Shown piece after piece: positions 27,549-37,757 of a stretch of 64,000 nt of DNA (position 1 is the stretch's first letter; every line of letters begins with the position of its first letter). The notes under the pieces are model-generated. The model had not been told where the DNA came from. It did no database searches and saw only the letters and a list, made by a program, of their open reading frames with translations. The DNA is from a bacterium BMS3Abin15. GTDB lineage: Bacteria; Patescibacteriota; Minisyncoccia; Moranbacterales; 2-12-FULL-40-10. Where the stretch lies: assembly GCA_002923195.1 (NCBI GenBank), contig BDTH01000035.1, positions 1,146-65,145 of the forward strand, in the 5' to 3' direction. The translations under genes were made by a program, and so were the position numbers.

Positions 27549-28610
27549 TTAGATTAGCCCCATCTTTTCTTTAACTTCTTTCATCTTTGCTTCTGCCATC
27601 GGTCGGACTTTTTCCGCGCCTTTTTTAAGAATACCTAGTACCTCATCATCACTTAAGGAATTGAATTTTTCCTGGAACGGCTCCAGAAATTTTATAATTA
27701 CCTCGGCCAAATCATTCTTGAAATCAGCATAACCCTTGCCTTTGTATTTCTCAACGACTTCTTCTGGCTTTTTATCATCCAAGAGCGAATAAATGTTAAT
27801 TAAATTCTTCAGAGCTGGTTTATCGTCAGTATATTTTATTTCTGATCCACTGTCGGTAACTGCTTTCTTAATTTTATTCCTCACTGTGTCAGCATCGTCA
27901 GTTAGACCGATATAATTATATTCTGAAGTAGCCGACTTACTCATCTTTTTTGTAGGATCATCCAATCCCATTATCCGCATTCCTTCTTTAACCACACCGG
28001 CTTCCGGGATTTTAAAGGTTTCCCCGAATTTTTGATTAAATCTTTTTGCTAATACCCTAGTTAATTCAATGTGTTGCAACTGATCTTCGCCTACCGGAAC
28101 GACTTCTGTATCGTAGAGTAATATATCCGCCGCCATAAGGGCTGGATAGTCAAATAGTCCTACATTTATATTTTTATTAGTTCTGCCACCTAAAAGCTCT
28201 CCAGTCATAACTTTTTCTTCAATAATTTCTCCCTTTGAATTTTTATGAACTGCTTTTGCTGATATTGCTCTGGACTTATCTTTAAACTGAGTCATTCTAG
28301 ATAAATCAGACATCCTTATAATCGTATTCAAAATCCAAGTTAGTTCTGTGTGTTCTGGAATATGGGATTGAATGAAAATGGCACATTTTTCCGGATCAAT
28401 TCCGGCGGCTAGATAAATCTTGGCCACTTCAATAGTCTTCTTCCTTAACTCTTCTGGATCCTGGGGAGTGGTAATAGCGTGCAAGTCCACAACGCAAAAA
28501 ACAGAGTCATACTTGTCCTGAAGCTCGACCCAGTTTTTAATTGCTCCTAAATAATTGCCGATGTGCAGATTTCCACTCGGCTGTACGCCTGAGAATATCT
28601 TCTTATTCAT
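27549..28610 (-). CDS. trpS: tryptophanyl-tRNA synthetase
   Basis: FSGVQPSGNLHIGNYLGAI (HIGH region) and KMSKS motif. ~350 aa. Confidence 0.9.
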   Translation of the reverse strand: MNKKIFSGVQPSGNLHIGNYLGAIKNWVELQDKYDSVFCVVDLHAITTPQDPEELRKKTIEVAKIYLAAGIDPEKCAIFIQSHIPEHTELTWILNTIIRMSDLSRMTQFKDKSRAISAKAVHKNSKGEIIEEKVMTGELLGGRTNKNINVGLFDYPALMAADILLYDTEVVPVGEDQLQHIELTRVLAKRFNQKFGETFKIPEAGVVKEGMRIMGLDDPTKKMSKSATSEYNYIGLTDDADTVRNKIKKAVTDSGSEIKYTDDKPALKNLINIYSLLDDKKPEEVVEKYKGKGYADFKNDLAEVIIKFLEPFQEKFNSLSDDEVLGILKKGAEKVRPMAEAKMKEVKEKMGLI

Positions 28611-28704
28611 AATTTTATCTTATCTTAATTTTCAACTTAAATCAATAATATTAGATAAGTATTTTCCTCCATGGGCGGATAAGTAATAGGTAATTTACGC
28701 ACTC

Positions 28705-28733
28705 TTGACAAAACTGGAAAAAAGTACTAGTAT
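28705..28733 (+). promoter_or_regulatory. sigma70-type promoter for the 28794 cassette
   Basis: TTGACA (28705-28710), 17 nt spacer, TAGTAT (28728-28733). Confidence 0.5.
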
Positions 28734-28793
28734 TAACCGTTAAAAATAAAAAGCAGAAGTTATTTAAAAAACTCAAAATGAGGAGGTATAATT

Positions 28794-29288
28794 ATGATTA
28801 CTTATTCCGGCAGCAAGAAATGGGCCTTAGTTTCGCTAAGCATTTTGTTAAGCATAATATTTCTAGCCCTTAGCGGCTGCACGGTAAAATTTGTCAGTCA
28901 ATACGATGAAATTACCGACAGCTCTGTCACTGCTCTCCAAAGGAAGGTAGAAACATTTATGGTAACCCTGGAGTCCCAGGACGGCCTGCCTGAGTGCAGT
29001 TATGAGCATCACAAAGAGTTTTACCAAGAGGCGAAAGTTGATCTGAGTGCCATGCGGGTAAGGGCCGCAGCTATATCCAAAAATAAGATAACTGTGGCGC
29101 AACTCAAGCTCCTGAGCGACAGCTTTATCCAGCTTGAAAATCTTCACAAGCTAAAGGTAGAGAAATCGGAAAGCACGAACGACTTGCGATGTATCACCAA
29201 GGACGAGGTTTCGCTGTTAAGAACAGCCTTCAACTCAAGTTTTACCGCTATTCTGAAACTTGAACTTGCCAAGAAAAGAGGCGAATAA
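28794..29288 (+). CDS. lipoprotein of unknown function
   Basis: Signal peptide with lipobox LALSGC. SD gaggaggtataatt-ATG. Visibly higher GC than its surroundings. Confidence 0.6.
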   Translation: MITYSGSKKWALVSLSILLSIIFLALSGCTVKFVSQYDEITDSSVTALQRKVETFMVTLESQDGLPECSYEHHKEFYQEAKVDLSAMRVRAAAISKNKITVAQLKLLSDSFIQLENLHKLKVEKSESTNDLRCITKDEVSLLRTAFNSSFTAILKLELAKKRGE

Positions 29289-29294
29289 ACAAAA

Positions 29295-29636
29295 ATGGAG
29301 GATGCGATGAAATTAGACATTGATAAACTGGCTGCCGATATGACCGGAGCTATAAAAAAAGTCCTTGAGAAAAAATGGCCGGAAATAGGCGACTATGCTG
29401 AAGTAGGAGCTAGAAATCTGGCCGAGGCACTTATCAAGATCGAGAAATCAAAGCTCACTGGAGAACTCGACGAGAAAGAAGCTAAAATTCATCTCTTTAT
29501 ACAGAAAAATGCCGCCGGCTCAATGCTCTTAGCTATTGAGGGACTAGGTATTCTGGCGGCCGAGGAAGCCATCAACGCAGCATTCCAGGTCGTGAAAGAC
29601 ACAGTCAACACTGCCCTGGGCTTCTCATTGCTGTAA
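29295..29636 (+). CDS. hypothetical helical protein, 113 aa
   Basis: Tightly coupled to the upstream lipoprotein gene and shares its elevated GC. No family recognised. Confidence 0.5.
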   Translation: MEDAMKLDIDKLAADMTGAIKKVLEKKWPEIGDYAEVGARNLAEALIKIEKSKLTGELDEKEAKIHLFIQKNAAGSMLLAIEGLGILAAEEAINAAFQVVKDTVNTALGFSLL

Positions 29637-29651
29637 TCGCTTTAACAAAAT

Positions 29652-29679
29652 AAAAGACCGAACATTGTTCGGTCTTTTT
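29652..29679. terminator. bidirectional hairpin terminator
   Basis: aaaagaccgaac-att-gttcggtctttt between convergent genes. Confidence 0.8.
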
Positions 29680-29684
29680 AATTG

Positions 29685-29990
29685 CTACACGAAATAAATA
29701 ATTACCCACTCCTTACTGAACAACACCCTTACTGAAATTTTCTCGCCGTCTCTTTCTGCATAAATGGTGTAATAATCCATACCGCCTGGATCAGGCATAT
29801 CAAACTTGTAACCCTTATTCTTGTAATAATTGCCTATTACCAGGCATGTTCCATCATATCCTCCGTGGTTTTCTGTATCAAACTTAAATCCGTTTTCTTC
29901 ACCATAAGGATGTGCTTTTACTTTCCACTCATTTTCTAAGTGAATTATAAGCGGATCTTTACATTCTATTACAGAGTTCTTCTTATTCAT
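29685..29990 (-). CDS. hypothetical protein, ~101 aa
   Basis: SD ggaggt upstream of the internal ATG at 29990 (MNKKNSVIECK...). No family recognised. Confidence 0.5.
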   Translation of the reverse strand: MNKKNSVIECKDPLIIHLENEWKVKAHPYGEENGFKFDTENHGGYDGTCLVIGNYYKNKGYKFDMPDPGGMDYYTIYAERDGEKISVRVLFSKEWVIIYFV

Positions 29991-30274
29991 TTTAAATACC
30001 TCCGATTTTATATTCAATTCTTAATGTGCTTATTGAAAGCAAAAAATATCACATGGGCATCCATTTGTCAATTAGTATTTATATAAAAAAATTATCCGCA
30101 ATAGTGAGGAAAGCGATGTAAATTGAACGGAGTGAGCGTTAAAAAATTTCTTCCGAGCTTGCGAGCAGAAATTTTAGCGAATGAAGTGAGAACTTACCGC
30201 TTTCCGGAACCTTGCGGCCCCTTTCTTTTCTTCCGCTTTTCTTTTGGGAAAAGAAAAGCGGTAAGTAACCATAA

Positions 30275-30301
30275 CAAAAAACCAGCCCTATGGAGGCTGG
30301 T
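30275..30301 (-). terminator. rho-independent terminator after hup
   Basis: ccagcc / ggctgg stem with a T6 run on the minus strand. Confidence 0.75.
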
Positions 30302-30328
30302 CTTTGTTTGAATAACTCGATGACTTTA

Positions 30329-30610
30329 TTACAACACTGCTTCCTTAGCAGCCTTAGATAGTCGGAACTTACATACAGTCTTGGCAGCAATCTGGATTTT
30401 TTCTCCAGTCGCTGGGTTTACACCCATTCTTGCCTTTCTGTGAGCTTTAACCATTTTTCCGAAACCAGGAAGAACGAATTCTCCATTGGTTTTTACCTCG
30501 TCGTAAGCCAAGGCTGTCAATGTTTCTAGGAAACTATCAACATCTTTTTTTGACATTTCTGTCTTCTCAGCCAAGGCATTTAGCACTTGTGACTTTGTCA
30601 ACTTTGCCAT
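30329..30610 (-). CDS. hup: HU-family DNA-binding protein
   Basis: MAKLTKSQVLNALAE...GFGKMVKAHRKARMGVNPATGEKIQIAAKTV, a typical HU/IHF fold sequence. Confidence 0.9.
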   Translation of the reverse strand: MAKLTKSQVLNALAEKTEMSKKDVDSFLETLTALAYDEVKTNGEFVLPGFGKMVKAHRKARMGVNPATGEKIQIAAKTVCKFRLSKAAKEAVL

Positions 30611-30843
30611 GTGTTTTTTTATTAATTATTATTTAATTATTAGGTAGTTTATATTATATACTTTACGCTATTTTTTGCAATATTAGCCAGTATTATAGGG
30701 CTTTTTAATACTAGAACCAGTAATTAATGGCTTATTTAAGCCATTTTGTCTAAAGCTGCATTTTTAGGCTTAAAAACTAAATTTTTATAACAATCCCATT
30801 GATACAGGAAGCGAGACAGACGGATAAAACTATTGTTATAGAC

Positions 30844-32700
30844 TTATATCTCAATAATAACAGGCAGAACCATGGGTCTCCTTTCGGTTTTTTGGAATAG
30901 GAAAGACCCGACAGCTTCGCGAATATTGTTTTCAATAAATCTTTTATCTATTAAGGTGTTTTTGGAAGTTGTATCATTGACTACTTTTTTCACTTTACGC
31001 TTAGTCTCGTTAACTAAGTCAAAATTTTCTTTAACGTAGATAAACCCGCGGGAAGTTACCTGGATATTATGAACTACTTCTTTTGTCCGACTATCAATCA
31101 ATACTGTAATAACAAACATCCCATCGGTTGATAAAACTTGCCGGTCGCGAAGAACTATTTGTCCGACATCGCCAACGCCTAGTCCGTCAACAAAAACATA
31201 ATCAGTATTCACCTTTTTAGATAAGACATTGGCTTTTTCATTTTTGAATTCAATTACACTTCCATTATCTAAAACAAATATTTTATCATTGGGAAATCCT
31301 ATATCTATCGCCAACTTTTCAGCTTCCTTAAGAAAGAAATGGTTGGCATAAACAGGAATGAAATAAGTAGGATCGACTTGTTTGATCATATCCTTTATAT
31401 CTTCCTTATTACAATGTCCGCTGATATGAACATCCATGATGTCACTGTGAATAACATTGTCGCACTTGCGGTAAAGATTATCCTTTAATCTTTGAATGGA
31501 TCTTTCGTTGCCTGGAATTATAGAAGAAGAAAATATGATTGTATCAGTCTTTTTTATTTTAATATGCCGATGGCTATCGGTCACTATTCTACTCAATACC
31601 GCATTCCCTTCTCCCTGAGCTCCGGTACAGACTACCACTACTTTATTGTCAGGATAGTCGGATATCTTGTTCACCGGAACCACAACGTCTCTTGGGATCT
31701 TGACATAACCTAATTCTCTGGAGATTTCCATATTCATCTTCATGCTGTATCCGTCAATAGATGCCTTTTTGCCAATTTTTTTAACGTAGTTTAAGATTTC
31801 TCCGACCCTCCTGACCTGCGAAGAAAAAGTTCCGATAATAACCCTTCCGGGGGCATTACTAATAATGCTCTGCAATGTTTCATACATCTCCCTTTCCGAA
31901 GGAACATCTTTCCCTTCTTCAATAGAGCCTAGGCTTTCTAGCATTAGAATTGTAGGACGAGGCAATTTAGCCAAATTACTATAAGAAATGGGCTTGTGAT
32001 CAATGGGATCTTTATCCATCGTCCAGTCTCCTGGATGAACCACTGTTCCGGCTGTGGTGTTAATGGTAACTCCTACTGCATCCATAATGGAGTGCTCAAT
32101 ATCAAAGAATCCGATATTAAATTTGCCCAATCTCATTTTTTCGTTAACTGATTTAATCTGAATGGTTTTAAGGTTAGCCGTAGATCCTTTCTTGTAATCT
32201 TCCGTCTTTCTTTTGATTAAGGCCAGTGTTAAATCACGGCCAATTATAGGAGGATATCCCAGTTCTTCCAAAAGAATCGGAGCCGCTCCTATGTGGTCCA
32301 AATGTCCATGGCTAAAAATAACTCCGCGGATATTTTTTTCCTTTCCCTTAAGATAGCTGATATTAGGAATGATGTAATCAATTCCCGGCATATCTTCTTC
32401 GGGAAATTGAAATCCCATATCTAATATAACTATATCTTTTTCATATTCAAATATAGTCATGTTACGACCCACCTCTTCCATCCCCCCCAAAGGAATTATG
32501 CGCAAAGTTCCTTCTTTTGAGGAAGAAGGCTGTTCACTTGAACCTCTGTAGGAAGCTACTTTTGCATTACGAAAATGCCCGCTACTTCTTTTCGGATTAA
32601 ATTTTCTTTTTTTTCTTTTCCGGCTCCTGCCAGAAGATGATCCGCCGGACGGCGTTGTGTGAACAATTCCGTCTACGGCCATTGTCTTTTTCGGTATCAT
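30844..32700 (-). CDS. rnj: ribonuclease J (metallo-beta-lactamase / beta-CASP) with a basic N-terminal extension
   Basis: HGHLDHIG motif, beta-CASP region and C-terminal domain. ~65-aa Arg/Lys/Ser-rich N-terminal tail. Confidence 0.85.
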   Translation of the reverse strand: MIPKKTMAVDGIVHTTPSGGSSSGRSRKRKKRKFNPKRSSGHFRNAKVASYRGSSEQPSSSKEGTLRIIPLGGMEEVGRNMTIFEYEKDIVILDMGFQFPEEDMPGIDYIIPNISYLKGKEKNIRGVIFSHGHLDHIGAAPILLEELGYPPIIGRDLTLALIKRKTEDYKKGSTANLKTIQIKSVNEKMRLGKFNIGFFDIEHSIMDAVGVTINTTAGTVVHPGDWTMDKDPIDHKPISYSNLAKLPRPTILMLESLGSIEEGKDVPSEREMYETLQSIISNAPGRVIIGTFSSQVRRVGEILNYVKKIGKKASIDGYSMKMNMEISRELGYVKIPRDVVVPVNKISDYPDNKVVVVCTGAQGEGNAVLSRIVTDSHRHIKIKKTDTIIFSSSIIPGNERSIQRLKDNLYRKCDNVIHSDIMDVHISGHCNKEDIKDMIKQVDPTYFIPVYANHFFLKEAEKLAIDIGFPNDKIFVLDNGSVIEFKNEKANVLSKKVNTDYVFVDGLGVGDVGQIVLRDRQVLSTDGMFVITVLIDSRTKEVVHNIQVTSRGFIYVKENFDLVNETKRKVKKVVNDTTSKNTLIDKRFIENNIREAVGSFLFQKTERRPMVLPVIIEI

Positions 32701-32812
32701 AATTTTTAAATTTTAGTTATTAAATTGTATAAGTATGCACAAATCGCTTCGGGCGATTATATGTGTATAAAATATTTATATTAATTATAAAAAGTTTGGA
32801 TAATAATTTCTT

Positions 32813-33847
32813 CTATTTTAGCAAATCTTTGAATTCCTCAACCATATCAACGGGGGTGGGATTTTGGCCATATTCTAACGCGAGATAATAAGATACCCAG
32901 TCACCAAGATAAAGAGTGGAAAATATATTGTAAAATACTCCGCCTCCTTCCATATTAATAATTTCTGATTCAACCCCTTTTTCTTTTAAGAGTTTCGAAG
33001 TAGTTTCAAACCTTTGAATATTGCGCGGATGATCTTTGGGATCCCTTAGCATCAAAACAAAAAATTTTGCCTGAGGGTTAGTAAACCCTACCATTTCATT
33101 GTGATTCAGTTCTGGGAAAAAATTCCAAAAGGACGGCGTTTTTGCGTTCTCATTAAATTTAATCTTCCAAATCATGGCCAGCGCCTTATATTTAGTTGAG
33201 GCGTAAACAACTGGGGTTTTGCCGATCAACTTCTTGGCAATTTCTTTTCCTTTTTCTTCCAGCTTTTTTGTTTCACTCTTTAGTTTTTCTGATAACTCAA
33301 CCAATTCACCGGTTTTGTCTTTAACTAACCCGGAATTCACTAAAATCTGAAAGATAGATGCAAAAACGTACCCATTGGCCATCCGCGGCTGGAAATTTTC
33401 TCCCGGTGCAGGGAGCTTAATGTGGGGAATGTTATTCTCCTTGCACATCTCTTCAATCTTACCGCCATTAGAGATTCCCACACACGGCAAATTATTTTTT
33501 AACACCTCCTCAAATGAAAAAACAGTTTCTTCTGTGTTTCCGGAATAAGAAGAAATAATATTCAGCGAATTTTCATAAGCTTCCGGCGGGAGGGAATAAA
33601 ACCTGTTCTGAAATACCGCCAAGCGTTTATCGGGAGCTTCTCCTCTTTGCAAATTGTTTATATATATTCTCAAAAGGTTTCCTGGTAAAGCCGACCCTCC
33701 CATTCCAGAAATCATAATTGATTTAAATTTGCCGTCTATTTTAATATCTTTGGCCAATTCTAATCCTTTTTTAAACTGAGCAGGGCTATCTAAAATAACC
33801 TGACGCATATTTTGTTTATCTATTTCGTTTATATTTTTGTTTGACAT
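32813..33847 (-). CDS. bifunctional phosphoglucose/phosphomannose isomerase (SIS domain)
   Basis: SGMGGSALPG and ISSYSGNTEET SIS motifs. Size and C-terminal pattern match the PGI/PMI family. Confidence 0.75.
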   Translation of the reverse strand: MSNKNINEIDKQNMRQVILDSPAQFKKGLELAKDIKIDGKFKSIMISGMGGSALPGNLLRIYINNLQRGEAPDKRLAVFQNRFYSLPPEAYENSLNIISSYSGNTEETVFSFEEVLKNNLPCVGISNGGKIEEMCKENNIPHIKLPAPGENFQPRMANGYVFASIFQILVNSGLVKDKTGELVELSEKLKSETKKLEEKGKEIAKKLIGKTPVVYASTKYKALAMIWKIKFNENAKTPSFWNFFPELNHNEMVGFTNPQAKFFVLMLRDPKDHPRNIQRFETTSKLLKEKGVESEIINMEGGGVFYNIFSTLYLGDWVSYYLALEYGQNPTPVDMVEEFKDLLK

Positions 33848-33864
33848 ATTAAATATGTAAATAA

Positions 33865-34899
33865 TTATAACTCCTTACTCTTATTCTTTTTTAGATGCTC
33901 TACTACTTTTCTAACATGATCGCTTTTTCCCTTTTTTTGAATCAAAATACTATCGTCGGTTTCTACTATAATTAAATCCTCAACCCCTAACGTAGCAATA
34001 AGCTTTTTCCCGGTACCCTGTATGAAAATGTTCTCTGAATCTATATTGATGTGATTGCTATTTTTAATTTTATATTTTTCTAGAATTTTTGCCAAGCTGT
34101 CAAAAGAGCCGATGTCGCTCCAACCGAAATCCCCCTCAAAAACCACGATTCTTTTAGATTTTTCGGATAAAGCATAATCAATGGATATGGAGGGAAGGGT
34201 TTTGAATTTTTTTAAAAATACACTCAAATTATTTTTTAGAAGTAAGCGCATTTCAGGAGCATACTTTTGAAGTTCTCTGGTGAAAGCATCGATGTTAAAA
34301 ATATACATTCCGGAATTCCATACATACTTTCCGGACTTAACATATTTTTGAGCTGTCTTTTCATTTGGCTTTTCCTTGAATTCTGAAACTTTAAAATACT
34401 CGTTCTGTTTCTTTCCTTTTTTAATATAACCGAATCCGGTTTCAGGTCCGGTGGGAGTAATCCCTATTGTCCCAATATTACTTTCTGTTCCGGACATAGC
34501 TTTCTTCACCAATTTTAAATAAACTGCCTCTTTTCCAATATAGTGGTCTGAGGGAAGAAATATAATCGGATCATTTGCGCTAATTTTAATTTTGTCGGCT
34601 AAATATTTAACGGCATAAGTTATGGCTGGAGCGGTATTTAGGCTGGCTGGCTCAATCAGTATTCTGTCTTTCCTGAATTTTTTATATATATTTCGTATTT
34701 GGTTGAAAACTTTTTCCAGACCGTCTTTGTTGGTTACTAGAAATATATTATCAGCCGGAATTATTTTTTGCATCCGTAAAAATGTTTCCTGAAGAAGAGA
34801 GTAATCACCATAGAGGTTTAAAAATTGTTTTGGAAAGTTTTGTCTGCTTAGAGGCCAGAGCCGTGTGCCCGACCCGCCACAAAGTATAACGCTGTACAT
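33865..34899 (-). CDS. manC: mannose-1-phosphate guanylyltransferase (NTP-transferase)
   Basis: VILCGGSGTRLWPLSR signature. ~344 aa without the cupin PMI domain. Confidence 0.8.
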   Translation of the reverse strand: MYSVILCGGSGTRLWPLSRQNFPKQFLNLYGDYSLLQETFLRMQKIIPADNIFLVTNKDGLEKVFNQIRNIYKKFRKDRILIEPASLNTAPAITYAVKYLADKIKISANDPIIFLPSDHYIGKEAVYLKLVKKAMSGTESNIGTIGITPTGPETGFGYIKKGKKQNEYFKVSEFKEKPNEKTAQKYVKSGKYVWNSGMYIFNIDAFTRELQKYAPEMRLLLKNNLSVFLKKFKTLPSISIDYALSEKSKRIVVFEGDFGWSDIGSFDSLAKILEKYKIKNSNHINIDSENIFIQGTGKKLIATLGVEDLIIVETDDSILIQKKGKSDHVRKVVEHLKKNKSKEL

Positions 34900-34998
34900 A
34901 GAAACTCACTAATTAAGTGCGAATTTTAAACTAATGAGCGCAAAATAATATTATTCGCTCTAATTCGATTCTCATTAGCTCTCAATTCGCGAGTGTCA

Positions 34999-36726
34999 TT
35001 ATTTTTTAACTCTTTTAGTTTTAATATACCAATTATTCACATCAGCAAAGCGATGGGAAGGAGAATTTACACTTTGTATGTCAATTCCTTTCACTTTCTT
35101 ATTAACAGGATAAATATAATGGGAACTGTAAAGAAATATGGCTGGAATCTCTTCGGCTATTATTTTTTGGAACTGTTTGTATTTTTCCACTCTGGTCTCT
35201 CTATCCAAGTCCTCTCTGGCTCCGCTTAATAATTCGTCTACATCCTTGTTTTCAAACACGGAAAAATTCAGTCCCGGATCCCTCTTTTGGCTGGAATGCC
35301 AGAAAGAATAGGGGTCGGAATTAAAATTATTGTATTGTCCAAGAAGAAGGGCTTCATATTCACGGGGACGTATATGATTTTGCTCTAAATCAAAGGCGGT
35401 TAAAACGTTAACATTAACTTTGGCTCCTATTTTTTCCCACTGCTCGCGCAGAATATCCGCAGTTTGGGATAATTTTGGCCAGTCAGTAGTGTGGAGAGTA
35501 AATTCCAGTTTTACTCCATCTTTCTCTCGTACACCATTTTCTCCCTTTTTCCATCCGCTTTCTTCTAAAATAGAATTAGCTCTATCTATATCAAAATTAT
35601 ATTTTTCAAAATCTTCTGAACATTCTTCTGTTCCCGGCAAAAAGAGTGAATAAATTTCTGCCCCTTTTCCATCCAATACCCTTGTTATTATATCATGGCG
35701 ATCTGTGGCATAAGCCAGGGATTTCCTTACTTCATCATTAGCTAGAGGAATACTTCTTGTTATATTGAAAAAAACCGAAAAATAGCGGGGGATATTAACT
35801 TCATAAAACTTCGTGCTTTTTATTGTTTTAACATCTTCTATTTTTTCCGGGGCAATACTACTCATTCCCAAAATCTCTTTTTTGTTGAAATCATCAATTA
35901 TAGAATTTGAATCTTCGTTAAAATAAAAATTGAAAGTTATTCTGGAAATATGCGGCCTTCCTTCATAATATTCCTGGAATGCGCGCAGTTCATAAGTTAA
36001 AATATTCCCATCGGAATCTTTTTGAAAATCAAAGAATTTATAGGGGCCTGATCCGACAGGCCGCAAATTATAGTCTGCCAGGACAAACTTTTCCGCAGTA
36101 ATATTTTCCCAGATATGCTTAGGCAAAATCCCGACAGTTAAGTTGTCAATGAATCCGAAGTAAGGTTCTTTTAGAATGAATTCCAGCGTGTAGTCGTCAA
36201 TTTGATTGACTTCAACTCCCTGCCAATTAAAACGTAAAGGGCTTTTATATGACTTGTCCTTTAAAATACTAACAGTGAAATGGACGTCACTGGCATCTAA
36301 TGTTTCTCCGTCATGCCACTTTATATCTTTTCTTAAATAAACTTTGTAAGTTTTCTTATCTTCAGAAATTTCATATTTTTCTGCAATATCTTTAATTATT
36401 TTTCCTTCCTTGTTATATTTAAAAAGTCCGCTGTAAACTAATTGAACGAGGTCGGCATCTGCCTCACTTGTCTGAGAAAGAAGGGGATTAATATAGGCTG
36501 GCTGACCTATAACTCCTTCAATGTAATGGCCTCCGTCTCTGGGAACCTGCTTAGTCCAAGACAAATAAGCATGTCCTATCCAAAAAACGAAGGAGCCGAG
36601 AATTAAAAAAACTAAAAATAAAATTACCAATTTCCACCTGAAACTAAAAAGATTCAAGAAAATGAACCAGTTTTTAGGCAAAACCCATTTTGGTATCCTG
36701 GTTTTTTTTACCTTGTTGTCCTCCAA
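34999..36726 (-). CDS. ABC transporter substrate-binding protein, family 5 (peptide/nickel type), membrane anchored
   Basis: N-terminal TM helix, then an SBP_bac_5-like body (YEISEDKKTYKVYLRKDIKWHDG...). Confidence 0.75.
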   Translation of the reverse strand: MEDNKVKKTRIPKWVLPKNWFIFLNLFSFRWKLVILFLVFLILGSFVFWIGHAYLSWTKQVPRDGGHYIEGVIGQPAYINPLLSQTSEADADLVQLVYSGLFKYNKEGKIIKDIAEKYEISEDKKTYKVYLRKDIKWHDGETLDASDVHFTVSILKDKSYKSPLRFNWQGVEVNQIDDYTLEFILKEPYFGFIDNLTVGILPKHIWENITAEKFVLADYNLRPVGSGPYKFFDFQKDSDGNILTYELRAFQEYYEGRPHISRITFNFYFNEDSNSIIDDFNKKEILGMSSIAPEKIEDVKTIKSTKFYEVNIPRYFSVFFNITRSIPLANDEVRKSLAYATDRHDIITRVLDGKGAEIYSLFLPGTEECSEDFEKYNFDIDRANSILEESGWKKGENGVREKDGVKLEFTLHTTDWPKLSQTADILREQWEKIGAKVNVNVLTAFDLEQNHIRPREYEALLLGQYNNFNSDPYSFWHSSQKRDPGLNFSVFENKDVDELLSGAREDLDRETRVEKYKQFQKIIAEEIPAIFLYSSHYIYPVNKKVKGIDIQSVNSPSHRFADVNNWYIKTKRVKK

Positions 36727-36812
36727 ATTATCCTTATTATCCGCTCCGCCAGTTGGCGAACTGTGGAAGAAATCTCTTTTATCGATGCTAATATGTTTTG
36801 GTTAAGAAATTA

Positions 36813-37034
36813 TTATCTGCCAGCCAAGAAAACACTTGTAATTGCTAGCAGTATAAAAAGTATAGAAAGAGCAATAGAGAAGTAAAGTAAAAACTTTTCA
36901 AATCCTCTCTTGGTGTAATATCCTCCAAAATCGCCTCCGAAAGCGGCTGAAAGGCCTGATCCGCGATTCTGAAGCAAAATAGAAACAACAAGCAATATTG
37001 AAACAACAGCCTGGGCAATGCTAAGAATTTTCAT
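36813..37034 (-). CDS. secG: preprotein translocase subunit SecG
   Basis: 73 aa, two TM helices, LLQNRGSGLSAAFGG motif. Confidence 0.8.
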   Translation of the reverse strand: MKILSIAQAVVSILLVVSILLQNRGSGLSAAFGGDFGGYYTKRGFEKFLLYFSIALSILFILLAITSVFLAGR

Positions 37035-37301
37035 TATATTTAGAATATCTAAGGTTTATTATTAGCTCAATTTACCAGGTTTCATTCTATCAAAACAACG
37101 AGAAGAAGTCAACCCCGCACTAATTTTGCACCAAATACGCTTTTAATCGGTGCTCTAGCACCAGTGCAAATTTAGTGCGGGGTCAAGTCCAATACGTATA
37201 GAGTATATCATATAAGAATAAGGGTATCAATCACTGACGCTATTGCTCATTTGAATATTTTGTGTTACTATATCACTTTCCAATTAAATGTTAAGCTTAT
37301 A

Positions 37302-37754
37302 ATGGTAATGGCCAATTTAGCTGTAAACAAAAGAGCGAATTTCGACTATAAAGTTCTGGACCGATACGAGGCCGGGATTGTTTTATCTGGGCAGGAAGTA
37401 AAATCTATAAGGGCTGGACAGGCTAGCCTGAAAGGAAGTTTTGTGACCCTAAAAGGCAAAGAGCTATACCTTACTAATACTAGTATCCCTCCCTACAAAC
37501 TAGCCACTAAGCTAGAAGGATACAACCCCACCCAATCGCGCAAGCTATTACTTAAAAAATCAGAAATCAAGTCGCTAATAGGGAAAATGAAAGTTCAGGG
37601 CTTGACACTAGTGCCCATTCGCTTGTATACTAAAAAGCGACTTGTTAAACTAGAATTTTCCGTAGCTCGAGGCAAAAAAGAGTTTGACAAAAGGCAGGAT
37701 ATCGCTAAAAAGGAAGCTAAAAGGAAAGTAGAAAGAAGGCTGAGGACAAATTAA
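37302..37754 (+). CDS. smpB: SsrA-binding protein SmpB
   Basis: NKRANFDYKVLDRYEAGIVLSGQEVKSIR... Start set at an internal ATG (37302 or 37308). Confidence 0.9.
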   Translation: MVMANLAVNKRANFDYKVLDRYEAGIVLSGQEVKSIRAGQASLKGSFVTLKGKELYLTNTSIPPYKLATKLEGYNPTQSRKLLLKKSEIKSLIGKMKVQGLTLVPIRLYTKKRLVKLEFSVARGKKEFDKRQDIAKKEAKRKVERRLRTN

Positions 37755-37757
37755 ACT

